Origin: an uncultured Gammaproteobacteria bacterium
GTDB taxonomy: Bacteria > Patescibacteriota > Patescibacteriia > UBA1558 > S5-K13
DNA: 64,000 bases
Assembly: GCA_964424195.1 (NCBI GenBank)
Contig: CAYRHT010000002.1
Location: 8,458-72,457, forward strand
Direction: 5' to 3'
Shown here: in pieces, positions 55,133 to 64,000 of the stretch
How the letters are laid out: each line of letters opens with the position of its first letter
How positions within the stretch are numbered: the stretch's first letter is position 1
Program-made: the position numbers and the translations under genes
The notes under the pieces: generated by a model
Seen by the model: the letters and a program-made list of their open reading frames with translations, nothing else
Databases searched by the model: none
Told to the model about the DNA's origin: nothing

Positions 55133-56295
55133 TGTTTCATCATTCATGGATTGAAATTTCTAAAGAGAATTTGATTCATAATATTAAAGCGCACTATAAA
55201 TTTTTAGACAAAGGAGTAAAACTTAGTCCGGTTGTCAAAAGTAACGCCTATGGACATGGGATGATTTTAGTTTCTAAAGTTCTGGATAAAATGAAAGAGA
55301 TTGGTTTTCTTTCAGTAGTTAATTTAGAAGAAGCAATAATTTTAAGAAAGAATAAAATAAAGAAAGCAATTTTAGTTTTAAGTTATTATGGAGTAGGGGG
55401 GAGCGAGAAAGAATTTATAGAACAAATTAAATTTGCTATTCAAAATAATATTTCTTTAATGGTCTATGATTTAACTCAGATTAAATTATTAAATGAAATT
55501 GCTGGTAAATTAAAGAAAAATATTAAAATACATATTAAGGTAGAAACTGGAATGGCTCGAGTAGGAGTTCCTTATGAACAAGCTTTAGATTTTATACAAA
55601 AGATTAATAAATTAGATAATGTAATGATAGAAGGATTAGCTTCTCATTTTGCAACAACAGAGGAGAGTAATCAATATTTTGCTAAATTTCAATTGAATAA
55701 TTTTAAAGAGCTTATTAAGAAATTAGATGAATTAAATATTAATATTCCCATAAAACATATGGCTGCTAGTGCAGCAATTACATTGTCAAAAGAGAATCAT
55801 TTTAATGCAGTTCGATTAGGAATTGCTATGTATGGTTTGTGGCCTTCAAAAGAGAATAAAAAAGTTATTAATAAAAAATATCCGCAGTTTAATTTAAAAC
55901 CAGTTCTATCTTGGAAAACTAAATTATTTCAAATTAAAAAGTTAAAAGCAAATATGCCAGTTGGTTATGGTTGTACTTATCGAACTACAAAGAGTATTAC
56001 TATGGGTTTAATTCCTGTAGGTTATTTCGAAGGCTTAGATCGTAAATTCTCTAATAAAGGTTATGCTTTAATTAAAGGTCAAAAATGCCCAATTATTGGG
56101 GCAATTTGTATGAATATTGCTATGCTTGATATTTCTAAAGTAAAAGGTGCTAAAGTGGGGGAGGATGTAACTTTAATTGGTAAGTCTGGAAAGAAAGAAA
56201 TAAAAGCTGATGATTTAGCTCTAGAAATCAATACAATTAATTATGAATTAGTAACTAGATTAAATCCAGAAATTCAAAGAAAATTAATAAGATAA
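55132..56295 (+). CDS. alr: Alanine racemase.
   Basis: PLP-lysine motif 'VVKSNAYGHG', a C-terminal beta domain and 387 aa length. Confidence 0.85.
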   Translation: MFHHSWIEISKENLIHNIKAHYKFLDKGVKLSPVVKSNAYGHGMILVSKVLDKMKEIGFLSVVNLEEAIILRKNKIKKAILVLSYYGVGGSEKEFIEQIKFAIQNNISLMVYDLTQIKLLNEIAGKLKKNIKIHIKVETGMARVGVPYEQALDFIQKINKLDNVMIEGLASHFATTEESNQYFAKFQLNNFKELIKKLDELNINIPIKHMAASAAITLSKENHFNAVRLGIAMYGLWPSKENKKVINKKYPQFNLKPVLSWKTKLFQIKKLKANMPVGYGCTYRTTKSITMGLIPVGYFEGLDRKFSNKGYALIKGQKCPIIGAICMNIAMLDISKVKGAKVGEDVTLIGKSGKKEIKADDLALEINTINYELVTRLNPEIQRKLIR

Positions 56296-56304
56296 TAGAG
56301 GAGT

Positions 56305-57372
56305 ATGAGAACAAAGTATCCAATGAGGTCAAAAAATAAATATCAGAAGATTCGTCGTTCAGCTATGAGGAAGAGACATTTTAATAGAGGAAATATTAAT
56401 GAATATTTTCATAAGAAAAAGAGTGCTAATACTTGGCAGAGTAGAGTAGTCTTTTTATTTCTAGCATTCATTGTAGTCTATATTATTTTCTTTTTCTTCT
56501 TTTCTACTCATTTCAAGATTAATCAAATTATTATTGATGGTAATGAAGAAATTACCAATTCAGAAATAAAAGATAAAGTTAATGAGTTATTAAATAAGCG
56601 TAAGCTTTTATTTATAAAAAATAATAATTACTTTTTGTTCAATGTTAACGATGTAGCGGAAAGATTATCTCAAGATTATCTTTTTGAAAAATTAGAAGTA
56701 GAAAAAAAGTATTTTTCAACTATATTTATAACTCTAGAAGAAAAACCTCATAAGTTATTTTATGTAATTGATGATAGCAGCTTTTTAATAGATGAGAAGG
56801 GGATAGTTATTTCTCGTTTTGATTATCAAGAACTTGATTTAAATAGTTCAACAGAGAGTAGTGATGAAATTATAGTTAAAGAAACACCTAAGCAAGTAGT
56901 TATTAATCAAGAAGAGGTTGATGAACAGAATAAAAAGATTGTTAAAGATCATGAACTATATGAATCTACTAATAGTACTTCTACTGTATTCATTTGGGAA
57001 AATAGTAGTGAAGGTATGATAGTTAAAGAAGTTGATGTTATTGAAGCGATAATAGAAGATGTTTATCCAGATAATCCAGAAATAGGTTCTAAGATTTTTT
57101 CTGGAGATGTGGTTAGAAAAATACTGTATTTAGATAGTGATTATAATCATAAATTTGGTGATCAGAGAGAATATTATGAATTAGAATGTGAAGATGGAGA
57201 ATTTTTAAATATGAAAACAAAAGATGATTTTAAAATATATTTTAAATTAAATGAATCTGTTGATAGTCAATTATCAAATCTATACAGATATTTAATAGAG
57301 GAGAATAATGGTAAATTAGATAATATTGAATATATAGATCTAAGACAAGATAATCAAATTATTATTAAATAA
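56305..57372 (+). CDS. FtsQ/DivIB-like cell-division protein with a POTRA domain.
   Basis: A basic cytoplasmic tail, one transmembrane helix, then 'FKINQIIIDGNEEITNSEIKDKVNELL...FITLEEKPHKLFYVIDDSSFLIDEKGIVI' (POTRA-like). Confidence 0.5.
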   Translation: MRTKYPMRSKNKYQKIRRSAMRKRHFNRGNINEYFHKKKSANTWQSRVVFLFLAFIVVYIIFFFFFSTHFKINQIIIDGNEEITNSEIKDKVNELLNKRKLLFIKNNNYFLFNVNDVAERLSQDYLFEKLEVEKKYFSTIFITLEEKPHKLFYVIDDSSFLIDEKGIVISRFDYQELDLNSSTESSDEIIVKETPKQVVINQEEVDEQNKKIVKDHELYESTNSTSTVFIWENSSEGMIVKEVDVIEAIIEDVYPDNPEIGSKIFSGDVVRKILYLDSDYNHKFGDQREYYELECEDGEFLNMKTKDDFKIYFKLNESVDSQLSNLYRYLIEENNGKLDNIEYIDLRQDNQIIIK

Positions 57373-57383
57373 AAATAAAGAAT

Positions 57384-58157
57384 ATGAAAAAGAAAATTGG
57401 AATTATGGGTTTTGGAGAAATTGGTCAATCAGTTGCTAGATTATATCCAAAATCAAAGTATCAAATTTTATCTAAAGATTTAAAACATGATTCTCTAAAA
57501 GAGGAGAGGGTTGATGTTTTGCATATAGCTATCCCATATAGCAGTGATTTTATTAAAGACGTTGTAAAACAAGTTAAATTAAATCAACCAGAATTTGTAA
57601 TTATAGAATCAACTACTAATGTAGGAGTTACTAGTAAGATTAATAGTAAATTAAAAAAGAAAATAGTAGTTCATAGTCCAGTTCGAGGAATGCATCCTAA
57701 CTTGACAAAAAGCTTAAAATGTTTCATAAAGTATATTGGAGCAGATAATAAGAATATTGGGGAGAGAGCAGTGAGGCATTATCAAGCTATTGGAGTTAAA
57801 TCTAAACTTTTTATGCCATCTGAGTCAACTGAACTAAATAAAATATTATCAACTTCTTATTATGGAATTTGTATTGCTTGGGCTGCAGAAATTAAAAGAT
57901 TATGTGATCAGCACGGTGTAGATTATAAATCATTTGAAGATTTTAATAATTCTTATAATGAAGGTTACCTTAAGATGGGATTAAAAAATGTAGTTCGTCC
58001 GACTCTATATCCACCAAAAAATGGTATTGGAGGTCATTGTGTATGGGAAAATGCAACTATGTTTAATCCCCGAGCTAAATCAAAGTTTTTAGATTTAATA
58101 TTAGATGCTGGTAAAGATAAATCTGCTAAAACATTAAAGTTAAAAAAGAAAAGTTAA
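57384..58157 (+). CDS. NAD(P)-binding Rossmann-fold oxidoreductase (short UDP-glucose/GDP-mannose dehydrogenase-like?).
   Basis: N-terminal 'KIGIMGFGEIGQSVA' (GxGxxG) and 'GIGGHCV'. The family assignment is uncertain. Confidence 0.35.
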   Translation: MKKKIGIMGFGEIGQSVARLYPKSKYQILSKDLKHDSLKEERVDVLHIAIPYSSDFIKDVVKQVKLNQPEFVIIESTTNVGVTSKINSKLKKKIVVHSPVRGMHPNLTKSLKCFIKYIGADNKNIGERAVRHYQAIGVKSKLFMPSESTELNKILSTSYYGICIAWAAEIKRLCDQHGVDYKSFEDFNNSYNEGYLKMGLKNVVRPTLYPPKNGIGGHCVWENATMFNPRAKSKFLDLILDAGKDKSAKTLKLKKKS

Positions 58158-58221
58158 TTTGTTTGGTTCTATTTAGTATGATATACTCTTAATAGAGTAT
58201 CCTTTTATGGATAATGATAAG

Positions 58222-58249
58222 AGTTCGCATAATATAGGTTAATCGAACT
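58222..58249. promoter_or_regulatory. 28-bp dif-like palindromic site immediately upstream of the Xer recombinase gene.
   Basis: 'AGTTCGCATAA-TATAGG-TTAATCGAACT': the outer 6-nt arms are perfect inverted repeats, and the left arm matches the XerC-arm consensus 'TGCGCATAA'. It lies 30 nt upstream of the xer ATG. Confidence 0.4.
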
Positions 58250-58278
58250 AACATATAACAATTCATCTAAAACAAGCT

Positions 58279-59235
58279 ATGAAGTCTAATTTGCCTATCC
58301 TCCACCATTTAAATGATTTTTTAGATTATTTAGATATTGAAAAAGGTTTAGCTAATAATTCTCAGAAGAATTATAATCTTTTTTTAAATAAGTTTTTTAA
58401 TTGGTTAAAGGAAAATGATAAATCTAAGTTAAAACCTCATGAATTAACTTATAAGCATGTTTGGGATTATAAGTTATATTTATCTCGTTCTCAGTCTTTG
58501 ACAACTCATAAGAATTTAAAAAGAAAAACTCAAAATTATTATTTAATAGCTTTAAGATCGTTGTTAGATTTTTTTGCAGATCGAGATATAGACACTCTCC
58601 CCTCTTCGAAGATAAAACTACCCAAAGTAAGTAAGGATAAAGTTCCTAATTTTTTAACAATAGAAGATGTAGAAAAATTATTATCAGAACCAGATGTTGA
58701 TAATAAGATAGGTTTAAGAGATAAATCTATTTTAGAAGCTTTTTTTTCTACAGGTATGAGAATAGCAGAATTAACTTCTTTAAATAGAGATCAGTTTAAT
58801 CATTTAAAAATGGAAGAAGGTTTGGAAATGACTATTATTGGTAAAGGTGATAAGCCGAGAACTGTTTATTTTTCAAAAAGGTCATTAAAATGGTTAAAAG
58901 AATATTTAGATACTAGAACAGATTTAGATAAATCTTTATTTATTCGTTATTCAGGAAATAAATCTGATTCCAGAAGACTTTCAATTAGATCAATAGAGAA
59001 ATTAGTAAAAAAATACGCTAAATTAGCTGGATTACCAATAGATATAACTCCTCATACTCTGAGACATTCTTATGCTACTGATCTTTTAACTCAAGGAGTT
59101 GATTTAAGGACTGTGCAGGAATTCTTGGGACATAGCAATATTTTAACAACTCAAATATATACTCATGTTACTAATAAGAGGTTGAGAGATGTTCATAAAA
59201 AATATCATAGTGGTAATCGTTTAAAAGATAATTAA
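58279..59235 (+). CDS. xerC: Tyrosine site-specific recombinase XerC/XerD family.
   Basis: 'HTLRHSYATDLL' and 'LGHSNILTTQIYTHV' (R-H-R-Y catalytic motif region), 318 aa. Confidence 0.85.
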   Translation: MKSNLPILHHLNDFLDYLDIEKGLANNSQKNYNLFLNKFFNWLKENDKSKLKPHELTYKHVWDYKLYLSRSQSLTTHKNLKRKTQNYYLIALRSLLDFFADRDIDTLPSSKIKLPKVSKDKVPNFLTIEDVEKLLSEPDVDNKIGLRDKSILEAFFSTGMRIAELTSLNRDQFNHLKMEEGLEMTIIGKGDKPRTVYFSKRSLKWLKEYLDTRTDLDKSLFIRYSGNKSDSRRLSIRSIEKLVKKYAKLAGLPIDITPHTLRHSYATDLLTQGVDLRTVQEFLGHSNILTTQIYTHVTNKRLRDVHKKYHSGNRLKDN

Positions 59236-59261
59236 AACAATTGTACCTATGAATTTTGTAT

Positions 59262-60479
59262 TTAATTTCCTAAGTAATTTAAAGGATTAGTGGGAGTTCC
59301 ATTTATTCTAACTTCAAAATGTAAATGAGGTGCGGTTGTTAAACGACCAGCACCTTTTGTGCCTGGCATACCACCAGATTTACCAATAATATCTCCTTGA
59401 AGAACAAAATCTCCGGGAGATACATTCATTTGAGAAACATGTCCGTAAACAGTAGATAATCCATTATTATGCACTAGCATGATATAGCTATAACCATAAC
59501 CATTATCTTTAGCTACGGCTACATATCCAGAACCAGCAGCTTTAAGAGGTGTTCCTTGTCCAGCCCTAATATCTATAGCTGGATGTTCAAATATTCTTCG
59601 AAAAGGATAGTCAGGATCATGGAAATAGGCAGTGACATGTTTTGATGGAACTGGCCAGATTAAAACACCATCATCATCCGGAATTCTACCACTTTGTTCA
59701 GCTAATAATCTTCGAGCTTGATTTTCATATTGAGTAATTAAGTTGTTAGCTTCTTCTTGTTCAGCTCTTAATTCTGCTAAGAGGTTATAGAATTGAGCTT
59801 CATCATGTTCAGTCCGAGCTAGGAACATAAATTTAACATCTTGTTCTTCTTTTAGTTTATATTGGTCAATTGTTAATTTCTTATACAAACTTTCTAATTC
59901 AGCTTTTGATTTTACTAAACTAGAATTCTTTTGTTCTAACCATTCTTTAAGTTGATTTAAACTATCTGTTTTTTTCTTCAAATCTGATTGAATAGATTTA
60001 AACTTATTAATCTCATCAAAAAAATCACTTAAATTATCATAGAGTAATAATACTTTTAAATATCCACCTTTTTCTTCTTCTCGGTATAGATTTTGAAGAG
60101 AATTTTTAATTCTTTCCTTATTGATCTCAATTTCGTTTTCTTTTCTTTCAATTTCTAAATTTACAGATTTAATCTCTAGATTCATATTTTCAACCTGTAA
60201 ATTTGTTGATTCAATCCCTAGAGTTCGGGAAGCTATTTTACTGTTTAATATGGAAATTTCATTACTAAGACTAGCAGATTCTTGTTGTTTTTGCTTTATT
60301 TTCTGTTGATATACTTTTTGTTGATTATTTAATTCACTAATGATCTTTTGTTTATCAGAAATCATACCTTTTAAATCAGAAATATTCTCGGAATGAGAAT
60401 TATTGAATGGTAAAAAAATATTAGCAATTACAAAAATTCCAATTAAAGTTTTTGTTATCTTTTTATTTTTGTTTAACAT
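59262..60479 (-). CDS. M23-family metallopeptidase with a long N-terminal coiled coil (EnvC-like).
   Basis: A signal peptide, about 250 aa of coiled coil, and C-terminal 'HLHFEVRINGTPTNPLNYL' (M23 HxH). Confidence 0.8.
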   Translation of the reverse strand: MLNKNKKITKTLIGIFVIANIFLPFNNSHSENISDLKGMISDKQKIISELNNQQKVYQQKIKQKQQESASLSNEISILNSKIASRTLGIESTNLQVENMNLEIKSVNLEIERKENEIEINKERIKNSLQNLYREEEKGGYLKVLLLYDNLSDFFDEINKFKSIQSDLKKKTDSLNQLKEWLEQKNSSLVKSKAELESLYKKLTIDQYKLKEEQDVKFMFLARTEHDEAQFYNLLAELRAEQEEANNLITQYENQARRLLAEQSGRIPDDDGVLIWPVPSKHVTAYFHDPDYPFRRIFEHPAIDIRAGQGTPLKAAGSGYVAVAKDNGYGYSYIMLVHNNGLSTVYGHVSQMNVSPGDFVLQGDIIGKSGGMPGTKGAGRLTTAPHLHFEVRINGTPTNPLNYLGN

Positions 60480-60498
60480 GTATTAATTATATCACGAA

Positions 60499-61923
60499 TT
60501 AAGAGTTTAATTTTTCCAAGGCTTTATCGATTCTACTTAAACTTTCTTCTTTCTCTAGAATCCATAGTATTTCAGCTGGACTAGGGCTTTTATCTAATCC
60601 AGATAAAGCGAATCGTAATGGCCAAAATACATCTCCAGGATTTAATTCACTTCCATTAACTATTTCTTTTAGTAAATTATCTAATTCTTCTAAACTCCAT
60701 TTACTAAAGTCATTTAATTTTTCTTTAACAAGTTTTAATCCTTTAATTGTTTTTTCTTGATCACTTTTTTTGAATATTAACATTTTAGAATCATAATCAG
60801 GTAATTCAAAAATAAACTTACTAGGCTCCTCTAGTTCAGATAGATAATTTAATCTACTTGACAAAACTATGAATATGTTTTCTAATTTATTTTTATCTAA
60901 ATCTTGAGGAAAATACTTTTTAATTTCTTCTAATAATTTTTGATATCTTTTACCTTTTTCTTTAACTATCTGACGAACATATTCAGCATTAAACCAATTA
61001 AGTTTTTCAACATTAAATATAGCTCCCGCTTTATTTATCTTAGCAACATCAAAGTCTTTGATTAACTCCTCTACTGAGTAGATTTCTTTAGTAGTTTTAG
61101 GATTCCAGCCTAAGAAAGCTATGTAGTTTAAGATAGCTTCTGGGAGATAACCTTTCTTTAAGAAGTCCTCTGCTGCTACATCTCCTTGTCGCTTAGATAA
61201 TTTAGATTTATCTGGGTTTAATAACAAAGGTAAGTGAATAAATTCTGGAGCTTTCCAGTTAAACATTTTGTAAAGTAAAATATGCTTAGGAGTTGATGGT
61301 AACCACTCTTCGCCTCTGATAATATGAGTAACGTCCATTTCATGATCATCTACTACAACAGCTAAGTGATAGGTTGGATAACCATCAGATTTTAATAAAA
61401 CCTGATCATCCATGTCATTAGTATTAATCTTAACTTCACCATAAACACCATCTTTAAAGATAATATCTTGATTGTCTGGGAGTCTTAATCTGATTACATA
61501 AGATTCTTTATTCTCTAGTTTTTTGCTTATTTCTTCTTTAGATAGATTTAGACAATGACGATCATATTTAGGAATTCTTTTTTCAGCTTGCTGTGCTGTT
61601 CTCATTTCATCAAGTCTCTCTTTAGTACAAAAACAATAATATGCTTTATCTTCTTTAATTAATTGTTCAACATACTTCTTATATATATCTAATCTTTTTG
61701 ATTGATAAAAAGGTCCTTCATCAAAATCAATTCCAAAAGTTTTTAGAGTTTCAATAATTTGTTGGTCAGCTTTTTCTACATATCTACTTTGATCAGTATC
61801 TTCTATTCGTAACAAGAATTTAGCTTTATTATTTTTAGCAAATAGATAGTTGTATAGTGCGGTTCTTAATCCGCCGATATGCAGGTATCCAGTTGGTGAT
61901 GGTGCAAATCTTACTTTATTCAT
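60499..61923 (-). CDS. gltX: Glutamyl-tRNA synthetase.
   Basis: 'VRFAPSPTGYLHIGGLRTAL' and 'KLSKRQG' (KMSKS). Confidence 0.9.
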   Translation of the reverse strand: MNKVRFAPSPTGYLHIGGLRTALYNYLFAKNNKAKFLLRIEDTDQSRYVEKADQQIIETLKTFGIDFDEGPFYQSKRLDIYKKYVEQLIKEDKAYYCFCTKERLDEMRTAQQAEKRIPKYDRHCLNLSKEEISKKLENKESYVIRLRLPDNQDIIFKDGVYGEVKINTNDMDDQVLLKSDGYPTYHLAVVVDDHEMDVTHIIRGEEWLPSTPKHILLYKMFNWKAPEFIHLPLLLNPDKSKLSKRQGDVAAEDFLKKGYLPEAILNYIAFLGWNPKTTKEIYSVEELIKDFDVAKINKAGAIFNVEKLNWFNAEYVRQIVKEKGKRYQKLLEEIKKYFPQDLDKNKLENIFIVLSSRLNYLSELEEPSKFIFELPDYDSKMLIFKKSDQEKTIKGLKLVKEKLNDFSKWSLEELDNLLKEIVNGSELNPGDVFWPLRFALSGLDKSPSPAEILWILEKEESLSRIDKALEKLNS

Positions 61924-61924
61924 A

Positions 61925-63157
61925 TTATTTAATATATTTATTAATTTCTTTTAACATTATATTTAATGACTGATGTCGGATGATGTGGATATGATCTTTT
62001 AATTCTTCTTTTTTAACCCACTTGTGATTTTGAAGTTCTTCTTGAGGATTTGGTTCTTCATTTTCAGTTTGTTTTAGAATAAATATTCTTTGATTCTGAC
62101 CAGCAGTTTTGTAATAATGAGGCATTCGTTCAGATTTAGGCTTAATCATTTCCGGCATAAAATAGTATTTATGCAATTCATCTAATTTTTTGATTATTTT
62201 AACTTTTTTTAATCCAGTTTCTTCATAGACTTCTTTTAAAATTGCCTCTTCTTCGCTTTCATCTTTTTCTACACCACCTTGAGGAAATTGCCAATGATTA
62301 GGATCGTCTTTTCTATTTAAAACTAGAAATTCATTATTTTGATTCAATATTACTCCTAAGACGTTTTTTCTAAAAGATTTTTGAATATGAATAGACCATA
62401 ATATTAAATACCAAGAGTATTTAAGAGTGGCATTTAGAATTCTATTAATTCTGCTTGGTTCTATAAATAATCGCCATAACCATTCTATTCCTACTTTTCT
62501 GAATGCTTGAGGAGCTCGGAGTATTTTTCCAGATATGAAATCAAATGTTCCTCCAACTCCCATAGCTATTTTAATATTAGGTATTTTTGATATGTTTTCC
62601 CAAATCCATTTTTCTTGCCAAGGAGCTCCATAGGCTACTAATAATATCTGAGCTTGGCTATCTTTAATCTTTTCAATAATTCTATTATTCTCTTCAGGAG
62701 TTATTTTTTGAATATTTGAAAAGCCCTCCTCTGCTCCAACTATATTTAATCCTTTGTACTTTAATTCTAATTTAGTTTTTGATGTCTCTGCTGACCCTTC
62801 TCTCCCGCCTAAGAGAAATACTTTATATCCTTTATGAGCTGCTAATTCATTAATTTTGTAAGTTAAATCTATTCCAGTTACTCGATGATAGAGAGGGTCT
62901 CCCAAAAACCAAGAACCTAAGATTAATCCAAATCCATCTGCTAGAGATAGACTAGCATTATTTAATATTCCTCGGTAATAGATATCTCGACTAGCTTTGA
63001 GTATTATTTCTGGATTGGGAGTCACTATATAATGTTGTTTTTGATCAGCAACAAACTCCTCTATTTTTAATAGAGTTTCTTGATAGTTTATTTTATTTAT
63101 TTCTGTTCCAAGAATGTTAACTTTAACCATGATTTTAACATTAAAATTACACATCAA
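61925..63157 (-). CDS. Fusion protein: N-terminal WecB/TagA/CpsF-family glycosyltransferase (GT26) and C-terminal Nudix hydrolase.
   Basis: The N-terminal ~250 aa ('VNILGTEINKINYQETL...ADGFGLIL...VFLLGG') are GT26-like. The C-terminus carries a Nudix box 'GGVEKDESEEEAILKEVYEETGL' (Gx5Ex7KEVxEExGL). Confidence 0.6.
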   Translation of the reverse strand: MMCNFNVKIMVKVNILGTEINKINYQETLLKIEEFVADQKQHYIVTPNPEIILKASRDIYYRGILNNASLSLADGFGLILGSWFLGDPLYHRVTGIDLTYKINELAAHKGYKVFLLGGREGSAETSKTKLELKYKGLNIVGAEEGFSNIQKITPEENNRIIEKIKDSQAQILLVAYGAPWQEKWIWENISKIPNIKIAMGVGGTFDFISGKILRAPQAFRKVGIEWLWRLFIEPSRINRILNATLKYSWYLILWSIHIQKSFRKNVLGVILNQNNEFLVLNRKDDPNHWQFPQGGVEKDESEEEAILKEVYEETGLKKVKIIKKLDELHKYYFMPEMIKPKSERMPHYYKTAGQNQRIFILKQTENEEPNPQEELQNHKWVKKEELKDHIHIIRHQSLNIMLKEINKYIK

Positions 63158-63187
63158 AGTGTGTTTATATCTTTATTTTAGCATATA

Positions 63188-63213
63188 AAAACAGGCTCAG
63201 AAAGAGCCTGTTT
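63188..63213 (-). terminator. Hairpin terminator downstream of ahcY (minus strand).
   Basis: 'aaacaggctcagaaagagcctgttt': a 10-bp GC-containing stem with A/T flanks. Confidence 0.6.
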
Positions 63214-63236
63214 AACAATTTAAACTAAATAATAAT

Positions 63237-64000
<764 letters not shown>

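Noticed and set aside
58181-58198. Small hairpin 'atactcttaatagagtat' upstream of xerC.
   Set aside because: A 7-bp AT-rich stem has no flanking signals. It is probably incidental and is overshadowed by the adjacent 28-bp dif-like palindrome.

Overview
This is an AT-rich (about 30% GC), very compact bacterial window. Almost all genes are on the + strand from 1 to 39.9 kb, with mixed orientation after that; many neighbours overlap by 1-8 nt and Shine-Dalgarno motifs are weak. Together with the gene content (three glycolysis genes, six aminoacyl-tRNA synthetases, reduced metabolism) this suggests a small-genome, possibly episymbiotic CPR/Patescibacteria-like lineage, but that is inference only.

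The first 17 kb is the part that stands out. It is a single tightly packed operon of four genes, three of which encode enormous repetitive surface proteins.
- Gene 1 is a 5'-truncated protein of more than 2,890 aa. It contains LVIVD-type beta-propeller blades, tail-fibre-like 'GIGTTxP' repeats, a tail-fibre C-terminal-chaperone-like segment, and two pectin-lyase/pectinesterase-like beta-helix modules.
- Gene 2 (832 aa) carries five Fn3-like repeats.
- Gene 3 (325 aa) is membrane-anchored.
- Gene 4 (1,690 aa) is built from seven LamG/ConA-like lectin domains; a three-domain supermodule is duplicated almost exactly at the DNA level.
- Genes 2 and 4 share an unusual conserved N-terminal leader, 'M-x-x-LKQL-x-Y-x-YYIG'.
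I read this as a candidate host-attachment or adhesion system.

The rest of the window is mainly housekeeping: ileS, recO, tgt, rplY, pgk-eno-gpmI, uppP, manC-like, mltG, fmt-def-priA, lysS, a cyclophilin, serS, alr, an ftsQ-like gene, xerC/D, an M23 peptidase, gltX, and a 3' fragment of ahcY.

Several odd accessory modules sit among the housekeeping genes:
- Two tandem stand-alone 7TM sensor-domain paralogs of the N-terminus of a nearby histidine kinase.
- An operon pairing an acyl-CoA/ACP synthetase with a homolog of cyanobacterial acyl-ACP reductase and a histidine kinase.
- A catalytically degenerate paralog of the iPGM phosphatase domain, directly after gpmI.
- A priA with degenerate Walker A and DExH motifs.
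- A 28-bp dif-like palindrome directly upstream of the Xer recombinase.
- A GT26-Nudix fusion protein.
- A pilin-like protein lacking the prepilin signal.
- A cluster with a processive GT2 (TED and QxxRW motifs), a GT39-like membrane protein and a CYTH protein.

I found no tRNA or rRNA genes, no CRISPR array and no obvious mobile element.
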